NCBI GenBank assembly: GCA_024704765.1
Contig: JAKMXF010000044.1
Coordinates: forward strand, 310,001 to 374,000
Source of the DNA: Oopsacas minuta
Taxonomy: Eukaryota > Animalia > Porifera
Reading direction: 5' to 3'
Length of the DNA: 64,000 nucleotides
Shown here: positions 35,861 through 45,889 of the stretch, in pieces
Numbering within the stretch: position 1 is the first letter of the stretch
Layout of the letters: each line of letters begins with the position of its first letter
The notes under the pieces: generated by a model
Told to the model about the DNA's origin: nothing
Seen by the model: only the letters and a program-made list of their open reading frames with translations
Databases searched by the model: none
Position numbers and translations under genes: made by a program

Positions 35861-36328
35861 TTCAGCTAATTTATAGATATTATTAAGAGAGTATAATGGA
35901 ATCAAAAACAATTGTTTGATACAGGACGAAGATAAAATATTCTCGGTTCGCTACAATATAGTATAATTTTGACAAGAAACTGATAGAAAAGAACGAAATT
36001 GCTAGAAAAACTGAACTGAGCGACATATTAGGCTGATATATAGTGAAAATGAACTTGAAACAAAGTTGATAAATAATGTACGAATTGATTTGTACAGCGA
36101 TCATTGGTGGCTTATATTAAAATCCCTATTCAACATCTACTGATGATCGCAAGACCTCACCAATGAGATCTACAATCAGACAAAGACACTAAGCAACAAC
36201 TATTGAAATTTATTATCGGTGATTGCGATGATCAATTGTTACAATGTATAAATATTTAATATTAATTAGATTCGAAAAGTAATACGGAATTATACAATTT
36301 TCACTAAAAGAGGGATATGACAGATAAA

Positions 36329-37312
36329 CTATGGTTTTGGAGGAATAGAAGCTAAGTCTACATTACCCCCACACACTACAACACATACATTCTGTACACC
36401 TGTACTTGAAGACGGATGTTTCAACTTGAATGAAGCAGCAATTGCAGCTGCTGCAGAAGGCTCTACTATAATTTTAAGTCTCTCCCAACTAAGATACATA
36501 GCAGAGATTATCTCTTCTTCAGTTACAGTTATAACATCTGTCAGATGTTCCTGGAGAACAGGCCAGGTAAGTGTACCGACAGACTGCCTTAACCCATCAG
36601 CTATTGTTACAGGACTTGTTTTCAAAGTAATTCTTTTCTTTGCTGCAAACGATTGTGCACAATCATTAGCTGATTCAGGCTCAGCAGCATATATATGAAT
36701 ACTTGGCTTAATGCTCTTAGCAGCTATACAAATTCCTGCAGCTAACCCTCCACCCGACACAGCTACAACTATCGCATCCACGTGTGGAACCTGCTCCAGT
36801 ATCTCGATACCTACAGTACCTTGTCCTGCTATGACGTCCGGATCACTGTGCGGTGAAATGAACACTGCAGCTGGTCCTAGCTCTTTCATTATCTGATTCG
36901 TCATATCTACACGAGCTTGTTCAGAATCTCCACACAAATGTATCTCGGCTCCATTAGCCTTCACAGCTGATTGCTTATATTTATTCGTGTCAGGCATTAT
37001 TACGTGTGCCTGTAGGCCACGAATTTTAGCACATTTCGACAATGCCACCCCATGATTGCCACTACTGTGTGTCACGAGAATAGGAGGGATAGTTTTCTCC
37101 TTACAAAAGTTGTCAACAGCAAACATGCAACCTCTGATCTTGAAAGAGCCTGTCTTTTGGAAATTCTCACACTTGAAGTGCAAATTAATCCCGGAAAACT
37201 TATCAAGTGATGATGACGTCATCACAGGTGTGTAATGAATGTATTCCTTCAAAACTTTATGTGCTTGTCTTATTCTATTCATTTCTGGAAGAGAGGGTTC
37301 TTCACTAGCCAT
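36329..37312 (-). CDS. SRR: Serine racemase-like PLP enzyme, paralogue 2, intronless, 327 aa
   Basis: KCENFQKTGSFKIRG, VTHSSGNHG, GQGTVGIEI, VSGGGLAAG, AAEP..DC and TIADG; the C-terminus is nearly identical to paralogue 1. Confidence 0.9.
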   Translation of the reverse strand: MASEEPSLPEMNRIRQAHKVLKEYIHYTPVMTSSSLDKFSGINLHFKCENFQKTGSFKIRGCMFAVDNFCKEKTIPPILVTHSSGNHGVALSKCAKIRGLQAHVIMPDTNKYKQSAVKANGAEIHLCGDSEQARVDMTNQIMKELGPAAVFISPHSDPDVIAGQGTVGIEILEQVPHVDAIVVAVSGGGLAAGICIAAKSIKPSIHIYAAEPESANDCAQSFAAKKRITLKTSPVTIADGLRQSVGTLTWPVLQEHLTDVITVTEEEIISAMYLSWERLKIIVEPSAAAAIAASFKLKHPSSSTGVQNVCVVVCGGNVDLASIPPKP

Positions 37313-37624
37313 GTACTATTAGACTATTAGGCTAAATAGTTAACTAAATTGGTTGAGATATCCAAGTCAAATTAGGCAGAGGAAAGGGTAATATAATATT
37401 GAGATCAAAACAATCGATAATCTGAATAAATTAGTGATAGAGGTTGTCTCACAAATATCAAATATGAAAAAAGAAATATAGGAAAACACTCAAGTAGCAT
37501 TCTGACAATATTCAGAGGATAGTAATTATAGAAAAATTATTTGTATTTTATTTAGTGATGAAGTGGATCTCACCACTAGAAAGTAGCATTATCTGTCTCT
37601 GTTTATCAATAGAGAACGCTCTTA

Positions 37625-39627
37625 TCATTTTAATGATTTGTCTTGACACCCGGTAGACTTTGGAATAGAAATTCTAGAAACGGAATCATGATTCAATTTC
37701 ACATATTGATTCACAAAATATCCATCTTCATCTTCATCTTCATCTTCATAACGCAAATAAGACCTTATCATATCCAGCTTATAATTATGAATATATCCAG
37801 TACACAAGTCCAGGACATATAGAGTATCAAAGAGTGTGGTGAGACAGCAAGAAAGAGACATTGTTGGTGTTTGAGCCAAAGAATAACATGCAGAAAATTT
37901 CAGATTGTTAATGTCCAATAGTTTTATGTAATATTGAATAATATTTCGATTGTTAGGTTGAATATCGGAAAATTGTCTTTTCTTTCGTTCGTAAGCAATA
38001 AAGGATGTTTGCGGTCGTCATATCGGCTCTCTGTACATAATATTAACAACTGATTGGTTTGTGTAGTTGATCTCACTATATCTACAAAATACACTCAGGT
38101 TTTTCGAAATAACACTCCGTATAGACTGGAAGGACAACTTTCTCGTTAACTCCAGTTTGAAAGTTAAATTTATAAATAATAGAAGAACTCATGCAAGCAA
38201 TGTATGCAGAATTAATACCTGCAAAGGTGTATAATTTGGGATTCTGTATATTAGTATTCCATTTCTGAAGTTGCTGGTTAACTTCTCCTCTTTCAGAATA
38301 CATATACATATAATTTCTAGACAAATTTAGAACGTACTCGTCCAGAAGAGTAATTGGAGAGTTTATCGGGAACCTAGCCGTAACTGTTACTTTATTGGTT
38401 TGTTCCATCATTAGGATTTGTAAATTTGCTGATAGTTTTCCAGCAAGTATCTGAATTATACGCAATATCTACTGGTTTGTGTATTTCTTGAGATAGTCTA
38501 TAGGTTTTGAGGTTAGTAGGAACAAAATCTGACTGATTTTGAATTGGAAAAGAATGGCCAGCTTTATTCAAAGTTAAGAAATTATTTATAGAATCTTGTA
38601 CTTTATTTTCAGTTAGTTGAATGATATTAACAAAGAATGAATCTGATGAATATAGTAGTCAGTTACAAACAAAGAGATATCATGCAACTTGTCTCTAGGT
38701 TTATGACTGATATTAGCTACATATGAGTACATATTCAACACATTTAAATAGCCTGCATAGGTAACAATTTGTTTCAGCTGTTGAAGGCCATTTTCCAACG
38801 AAGTCATCAGTGTATGATACATTTCAGAAAGTCCTCCTAACAGAATTTCTTTTCTATCCTCCAGCTGATTGTGCAGCTGTTGAAAAAATGTGACCACTTG
38901 TGTAGTTTGTTTCTTCTTTTTATTTTCTAGTTTTGATTTCCTATTTTCAAGTTGAGTAATACGAGACTTGCTTCTATGATACATTTCTCTTGAAAACTGT
39001 TTGATGACGTAATAGGTCTATCGATTTCCTCAAATACCTCATCTTCTGATAGTTCGTATTTTGTTCCTCTTATGGTATGTATTTTGTCCTCTGTGGATTA
39101 GATATTATAGAATAGCCTGTAGTACGTAGTATATGTTTGGAGCTTAATAATTTACTTTCTGCATAATTTCGTAAACTCGTGAGAATACCCTGAACGGAAG
39201 ACCCTAGCAATGAGTCCAGCTTCAGTATGAGATGTCCTATGTTGTACTTCTCATGACTCTTTACACTCCACACAATAAGCTACAGCTATTTCACCTGGGT
39301 TTCCAAATATACAGTCATTGCACCTGAGATTATCTGATTATTCAAACTTTTCAACTTATTAATAAGTTATGGCAATGGATTGCTCTGTAGCTCTGAACTC
39401 TGGTTGTTGTGCCTGGGACAGAGGGGACATTGTACTGACTCAGATACCTGAATATTCCCATTAATACAGGTTTTACAGAAAGAGTGATGACAGGATAGGA
39501 ATGTAGCTCTCTTGTTTGACAAAGATGACAAGTGTATGTTACATAATTGAAATGATGGTATGTTACTAGATGCTATTTCATCTGGTACAAGTCGAGTGGA
39601 TGGAAAGTCAACAATTCTTGTAGCCAT
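37625..39627 (-). pseudogene. TRIM-type (RING, B-box, coiled coil, C-terminal propeller-like) pseudogene
   Basis: C-x2-H..CHHSFCKTC..CPLC RING with a lost Cys, a B-box remnant (CNDC..AYCVECKES*), and a coiled-coil segment at 38613-38984; many stops and frameshifts. Confidence 0.75.
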
Positions 39628-39849
39628 AAAGTTACACCCTTATGCTAATAATTGATAACAAGCAATTGGTATAATGTTAAAGTAATATAAATCGTCAATT
39701 TTTCAGAAAATAGCCAGGGAAAAAAGCAATATTTTACGATCAATTAAATAAAAGAAAGAAATATGTAAATAAATATATAATAAATAAAAGTGAAGTCTCT
39801 GGTCAAAACGCAGTGATAAGGAATAAGTAAATAATAGCAGTACTCACAG

Positions 39850-40479
39850 CTAATACCTCCAGGGCTTAGATTTACTGTTAGCAGTAGATGACCACGTACC
39901 TCTATACCTACTGTATACTGTAGCAGGGATTGGCTTAGGATTGTAGGATAAGTAGTCTATCTCAGGATCTTCCTTCAGTGAATATCTCCAAGCACTGGTG
40001 ATATCATATGGTAGTTTTCTGGGTATATACCCTCTTACAATTAGAGAGGGTTCATCTCTCTCTGGTTGTGAGATAACGAGTCTCCAATCTCTCCTTTCAT
40101 GTGGTCCTATAGGATCAGCGCCAACCTCATTCAGCTGATCTCTGTGTAAGAGAGGAGGGTCAGGTGAAATACAACATGAATGGAATTCGTCTAGAGTACC
40201 GTATGTAGTGTGACGACTGTGTTCGTTTGATAGCCGATGCACTACAGTATCTCTGTCCATCTTCCTGAGACTAGGAAGACGTGGATTATATATACCATGC
40301 TTAACAGAAGCTAGCTGAGAGGATTTAGGACGGACCTGGGGTATTATTTCTTGTGGTTTGTTCATGAATAGTTTAGCTGCTGCGGTACGTGGCCGGATAC
40401 CTCGCTTATCTGTGAACAGACTCGAGTTGGCGCGTAGGTTGCACTTAGTAGCGATTGTCTGAGAAGTAGTATCTACCAT
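39850..40479 (-). CDS. Hypothetical 209-aa basic Pro-rich protein
   Basis: Intact ATG-to-stop ORF with GC above its flanks; motifs GIYNPRLPSLRKMDRD and AWRYSLK; family not recognised. Confidence 0.75.
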   Translation of the reverse strand: MVDTTSQTIATKCNLRANSSLFTDKRGIRPRTAAAKLFMNKPQEIIPQVRPKSSQLASVKHGIYNPRLPSLRKMDRDTVVHRLSNEHSRHTTYGTLDEFHSCCISPDPPLLHRDQLNEVGADPIGPHERRDWRLVISQPERDEPSLIVRGYIPRKLPYDITSAWRYSLKEDPEIDYLSYNPKPIPATVYSRYRGTWSSTANSKSKPWRY

Positions 40480-40764
40480 CCTTTACTAATAATAAGTTTA
40501 TAGTGCAAAGGTCATCAAAATTAATTAAGTAATTAACACGAACGAAGAAATTAGATAATGAAATAAAATGGGATAGGAGGTGTGTCATATGTTATATAAT
40601 TAACTCAAAATACAATAGAGCTTATTAGAGGTTATTGGAATATAATAATATCAGAATTAACAAAGAGGGAATAAAGTTTAGTACAGTTTATAGAGAACCA
40701 GAATAATACATAAAAATATACTAAAAAGGTGTACAAAAGTGATAATGGTAGAATTTATGGAAAA

Positions 40765-41500
40765 TTAGAATATCTGTACACGATGGTTGGGATTCGAAGA
40801 AGTAACTATGATTCTTCCTTCAGGACTGATTGTAATTCCTGTGGAGAGATCTCCTATTTCTCCACCTTCTTTGCCAAATTTGTGGATAGTACCTTCACCA
40901 TATGGAATAATCTCACTAATCAGTTGATGAGAATACAATAACCTCTTTAGATGTTAGTTGTATATCAATAGCACCCAAAATCTTGTCAATAAACGAGTGG
41001 AATGTGAGATTCGAATTCAAACAATGAACTCTGTCATTTTCCCATTCAGCTATATATATTCTATTCATTTCTTTTGAAAATAAATTCCTTTAATTCGAAT
41101 TTATTTTTCCCTTTCATCCAACAGATTTGTAGATATTTCCCTTCAGGAGAATGAATATGAGACGATTTGAACGATACTGAGTGACATACACGTGGTTCTG
41201 TTTGATATTAATTCCGAATGGAGATTCCACCTGCTCTCTGAATTGAAAATGCAAACTCAAAAGGTTTGGAAAAACACGATTGCTAATTATATCACAAATA
41301 TACATACAATTATTCGATGGATTAATTGCAATACCTTTAGTTTAATATAACACATCAGGTAAAGATTGGATTCGGTAAATGTTTCCCAAATGTTGCTACA
41401 GGTCCTCCTAGCTTCTTGTAGTCTCGTATATGTTTCATAGCATTGAGATGTATGTCATCTGTTACAGTTTATTCTCTAACTCAACATCCTGCTCCAATAC
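40765..41500 (-). pseudogene. NHL-repeat (TRIM-NHL-like) pseudogene
   Basis: PKGIAINPSNNCMYICD..NRV, SPFGINIKQNHVYVTQ, IYIAEWENDRV and GITISPEGRIIVTSSNPNHRVQIF NHL blades interrupted by stops and frameshifts. Confidence 0.8.
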
Positions 41501-41536
41501 TACATTCTTGTAGTTGTGTTTAGCTTTTAGAATTTA

Positions 41537-42362
41537 GGACTGTTGTATAATATGGATATTTTTTAACATCTATAAAATTTTGAGGGATAGTTAGGATCCT
41601 TAGAATTTATATTATCAAAACTAGTCCTGTCATGCCATATTCGCTATGGATGGTCCTTTGGGAAGACTTTGGGGGACAAAATATGGCATGACAGGTAGGG
41701 TTGCCAGAGTCCAAACCCGAACAAAATTTCGTTACGACAATCAGGGCTGTTTTTTGGGGGGTATGGACCTAGAGGCTAGGGGGCCGGATAGTCGGATACG
41801 TACCTATTTCTTATCCCGGGAATGTTTTCACCAATGTTTTCAACAAAAGCTAATGGTTTAACTTGAATAAGAGCGCTCACCAATTCTACTTTGACAAAAC
41901 ACCAATGACCAAAATATTAGTATTAACTATATTTCTGACAGCTACTAGAAATAGTTTCATTATGCAGTAGATGCCGGTTATAAGAACACTCTTAGGCTAG
42001 GACTGAATTTGGTTCTTATTACCGGTATGTTTGTAGATTCGGCATAAATAATTCAGTATATATGAGGACTGTTTTCTATAATATGGTTCCTACATACAAA
42101 TGTGTTTATTGAAGTGTTCTCATAACCGACATCCTCTATATGCTACATACCGGTTATAAGAACATGCCAGATATAAGAACATTATGTCCAGTCCTGACGA
42201 TGTTCTTATAACCTGCATCCACTATATTACAAATACTTATGGTGATGTAACTATTGAACGAGCGAGCGAGCGAGCGCGGGCAACCCTTATGACAGGACTA
42301 GTTGTGATAATAGAAATTCTAAGGATTCTAACTGCCTAAAATATTATACACAACAGTTCTCT
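41537..42362. repeat. Long imperfect inverted repeat element with an internal hairpin, (GAGC)n tract and nested MITE
   Basis: Arms AGTTAG.ATCCTTAGAATTT.TATTATCA.AACTAGTCCTGTCAT at ~41589-41634 and inverted at ~42289-42334, extending degenerately outward. Internal 16-bp IR CCTGTCATGCCATATT/AATATGGCATGACAGG. Confidence 0.6.
41965..42224. mobile_element. pogo/Tigger-like MITE
   Basis: TIRs CAGTAGATGCCGGTTATAAGAACA / TGTTCTTATAACCTGCATCCACTA with internal GGTTATAAGAAC repeats. Confidence 0.75.
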
Positions 42363-42782
42363 TGAACTTATTCCGTTTTCTTTAGGTACATTCTTTACAA
42401 CAGAGAGGAAATGATCTTCTGTAATAGCGTCAATACTAACCATGGTAAAACGAACCTAAGCTGAATAAATCTTATCAATAATAGTATAAATTTGGTCAAT
42501 AATGAAAATAGACCCATTACGAGTGTAATAAGCTTTATTCGAGTTATTTCGAGATTCAAATTATTACGGTATATCAAAATAGTCATAGGCCAACCCTGAC
42601 CGGTTCCATCTCTGAAAGCAGCTAATAGAAGGTCGCAGCACCATGCATTATATCCTGCAATTCTCCAATTAGCTAATTTACTACTTAGCTCCAGTTAACA
42701 AGAATGTATATCAGAACGCAGATAATATGTAATTATTATAGATAAAAGTGATTTGAGTTATAAATATATTAAAAAGGTGTGT

Positions 42783-43760
42783 TTATATTGATTTGATACC
42801 CTGCAACATAGAGAGGGTAACAGGCCAAGGATTGTGATCTAAAGAGCTGGCACGATCATCACCTAAATCAGGGAGAGATGGTATACTCGGTATAGAGGTG
42901 TGAGGTTTTGGTGATTTTATTCTTGGGCTAGTAACAATCTTTATATCTTTGTTATGTTGTGTAGACATATGGGGATAGTTAATATTAGAAACTAATCGCA
43001 TATTCTCTCCTTTTAATTCATCACAACTATACTGTAGTTTGACAATAAGGTCCTGGTACCATTTAATTTCCCGTTTAAACCAAGAATTCTCTTTTGTTTC
43101 TTTCACAATTAGTTCGTCAGCACTAACTGCGGTTTTTAACACCTGATCAGACACGACATGCTTCTGTTCTCCAATTTTACGACGTGTTTGCTCTTCTAGT
43201 GTGACTTTCATAACCTGAGATGCTTTATCAAGCTCAGCCTGTGTAGATTCATGTTCTTCATCCATCTTAATGAATTCTCCTCTCAACTCTTCAATTCTAT
43301 CTTCATTCTGTTTCCTCACTACTTCTTTAAAGTGTCTCCCTGCTAGAACTCTCTCCAACAGGACCTCCCTCTCCCTTCCTGTATCCCTAATCCTCTCCTC
43401 TAGCTCTTTAACTTCTGCTTTGCTTCTGTGTATGAATTCAATATTACTGTGTATAGCAGAGAGGACATTGTCTCTTCCACATTGTTCTTCAGTCTCATAC
43501 CTCTCTTTATACTTCTGGAATTCAGTCATGAAGTTGTTGAATGCGTCTTGTCTGTTCAATCGCGCTTTTTCTAGATATTTCCAGGTGTCATCTTTCGCAG
43601 CACGGGACTCAGTGTACTCCTGTTGCAAGGCTCCGAGCTGTTGTCTACGGTTAATTAGCTTGTAAGAGAGCAGTGCTTCTCTTCCGGAAGTGAATCCGCT
43701 GGGATCAAATTTCTTTTCTTTCTTTTTAGCGACTTTTGTACCTCCTTTCTTCTTAGGCAT
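42783..43760 (-). CDS. CCDC83: Coiled-coil domain-containing protein 83-like, intronless, ~325 aa
   Basis: EALLSYK, GRDNVLSAI..EF, ETKENSWFKREI, ELKGENMRLV and terminal WPVTLSML parallel recalled CCDC83 motifs (EALLDYQ, TREDVEEAM..KF, EIWENDWLKKEI, ELEAENLVLI). Confidence 0.7.
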   Translation of the reverse strand: MPKKKGGTKVAKKKEKKFDPSGFTSGREALLSYKLINRRQQLGALQQEYTESRAAKDDTWKYLEKARLNRQDAFNNFMTEFQKYKERYETEEQCGRDNVLSAIHSNIEFIHRSKAEVKELEERIRDTGREREVLLERVLAGRHFKEVVRKQNEDRIEELRGEFIKMDEEHESTQAELDKASQVMKVTLEEQTRRKIGEQKHVVSDQVLKTAVSADELIVKETKENSWFKREIKWYQDLIVKLQYSCDELKGENMRLVSNINYPHMSTQHNKDIKIVTSPRIKSPKPHTSIPSIPSLPDLGDDRASSLDHNPWPVTLSMLQGIKSI

Positions 43761-43842
43761 TTCTAAGCTGTGTAGTCGCAAACTTGTTGTAATAAATCAT
43801 TAGATGAATTTGTCAACCAAAATTCAAACATCACATATTCTA

Positions 43843-44244
43843 CACGTTTTTTTTTTTATAAGGAACCCTAATTCAAACTTCAGGCTGAAGTTCCTTATTT
43901 TTTTTGCCAATTTCAGCCTCAAAGTTCCTTATCGGTTCCTTATTTTCTCGGCTCGAAATATTGCTTAGAAAATGGGTGGTTTATTGGAAAGATCCAATAT
44001 TTTAACAGTAGGCTTGATGAGTTTAAAGTAGTATTTGAAGATGATTCAATTGATTATATATCAAAGGAAGATATAGACGATGTTGAAATATTCTTGATAA
44101 ATTAATAAATGATACTATGATAGGTATATTATTTATGGGTTTTATAATCTCAGGCTGGGCAGTTCCTTAAGAGTTCCTTAATTTTTTGCCAATTCTCAGC
44201 CTGGAGTTCCTTATAAAGGTGTTCCTTATAAAAAAAACAACGTG
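43843..44244. mobile_element. TA-flanked MITE, 402 bp
   Basis: TIRs CACGTT(T)nATAAGGAAC / GTTCCTTATA(A)nCAACGTG with TA on both sides; repeated internal CAGGCTG..GTTCCTT..TTTGCCAATT..CAGCCT units. Confidence 0.85.
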
Positions 44245-44676
44245 TATTGTATATTAATCAGCTGGTTACTAACTTACTAGAGACACTTTTTCAGTTCTAC
44301 TGTATTAAGTACAAGTAACTCTTTGTTCTTTGTAATTGTGGTTGAACTTATATGCTGTAAAATACCACTGACATGCCTGCCTTGGTCAATTTGTGTAAAA
44401 GCATTACATAGATGTCCCGCTAATTTCATTAATTAAATCTCATATGTGTCTGTTTGTTAGTTAGTTTGTCCGAAATGTAGTACGTGAACTGGTGATAGAA
44501 CCTACCTGTTGAATAACAAGGCTCTCAACTTGTGAACCTTTAGTAGTGTAGGCTAATGAAAGCCTGTTATCATGAGACACATGAGATCGAGATTGAGGGT
44601 CGATAAGTCCATATTGAGTATTAGAAATAGTGTTCGTATAGAATCTGACATTTAAATTTAAATTTAAATACACTTT

Positions 44677-44830
44677 TGGGCGTTCGAAAAACATAACGCA
44701 AAGTGGAGGGAGTGATATGCAAAGTGTGACAGCCTCATTCTTTTTGTATTATAAAAACGGTGAAAAAACGTGACACAGGGAGGGGGTCAAAATTTAGGGA
44801 ATTTTGCGTTACGTAACGTGTGAACCTCCC
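44677..44830. repeat. Degenerate Tourist/Harbinger-like MITE
   Basis: The right end GCGTTACGTAACGTGTGAACCTCCCC-TTA is typical of 3-bp-TSD MITEs; the left end is degraded. Confidence 0.4.
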
Positions 44831-45233
44831 CTTACTAGAGATCACAAAGGACGGCTTCGACATGAGGCATACAGGCTCGAAGCACGCCCCGACGCACAAA
44901 GGCTCGAGCATGAACGGGCCTTGGGTTCGGACTGGGCTCAGGACGGACTTGCGACCGCTTATACATACCAAGGTCGAAACTGCTCAACCGATGATTAATA
45001 TTTATGAATTGCAACCTCATCGAACAAATACTGATACAATTATACTACTGATAATATTTGGTAAACTCAACAGAATACTACAGATAATTATCGGTATTGA
45101 TCAACCGAATACTGGGTTATTTGGTTGCTAATAGATTATCAACTATTTGGAGCCAAAGAAAAGTTCATGAAACATGTGCCTACAGTTCAGGGCACGTGTG
45201 ACGTCAAGCCCTTCAGTCAAGGTTAAGTTGGAC

Positions 45234-45413
45234 CATGGCTTACTATAGATTACAGCTTGCTAAGCAAAGAATTGCCAAAATAATTTCCAGGCCATTGATA
45301 AATATTGAAATGACGATTTGTGAAATTCTTCATTTTCATTTTTAATGTTATCAATGGCCTGGAAATTATTTGGCAATTCTTTGCTTAGCAAGCTGTATCT
45401 ATAGTAAGCCAAG
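45234..45413. mobile_element. P-element-like foldback MITE with 7-bp TSD
   Basis: ~75-bp near-perfect arms beginning CATGGCTTACTATAGAT / ATCTATAGTAAGCCAAG, flanked by GTTGGAC at 45227-33 and 45414-20. Confidence 0.8.
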
Positions 45414-45889
45414 GTTGGACAAATATACCAGTAAATTTTGGGATGGTGGGACCAAAATGATCAACAATGGGGTCTTGGATCAGTACGACAGGCTCTACCA
45501 AGATAGACACTAATCCAAGGGAAATTTACTCACTACAATTGAAATACGTAGTGAATTGAAAAGCACAAATACAACAATTAACGCATGCGATAACTAATTC
45601 GATAAAAATCCTTCCTCTCCTCCAAATATATATCACTTCAAAATACGCTATCCAACAAGCAGGTGTCTAACATCCGTTCAATAAGTATAATTATTGCTTG
45701 TACCAGGTGTTAGTGACTTCATCAGGGTACATGTACCTGACACTGAAAGCCCAGAGGGCACATGTGCTCTGGACTTTTCTATCTATGATTATTATTATTT
45801 GATTGAACCGAATATTGAACTACGTATTTGGTTACAACGTTGACTTACTTATTCACTTATCATATAATCAAAGCAATCTCACAAGACTA

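Noticed and set aside
37721-37750. (CTTCAT)n hexamer repeat
   Set aside because: It simply encodes an EDEDEDED run within the TRIM pseudogene.
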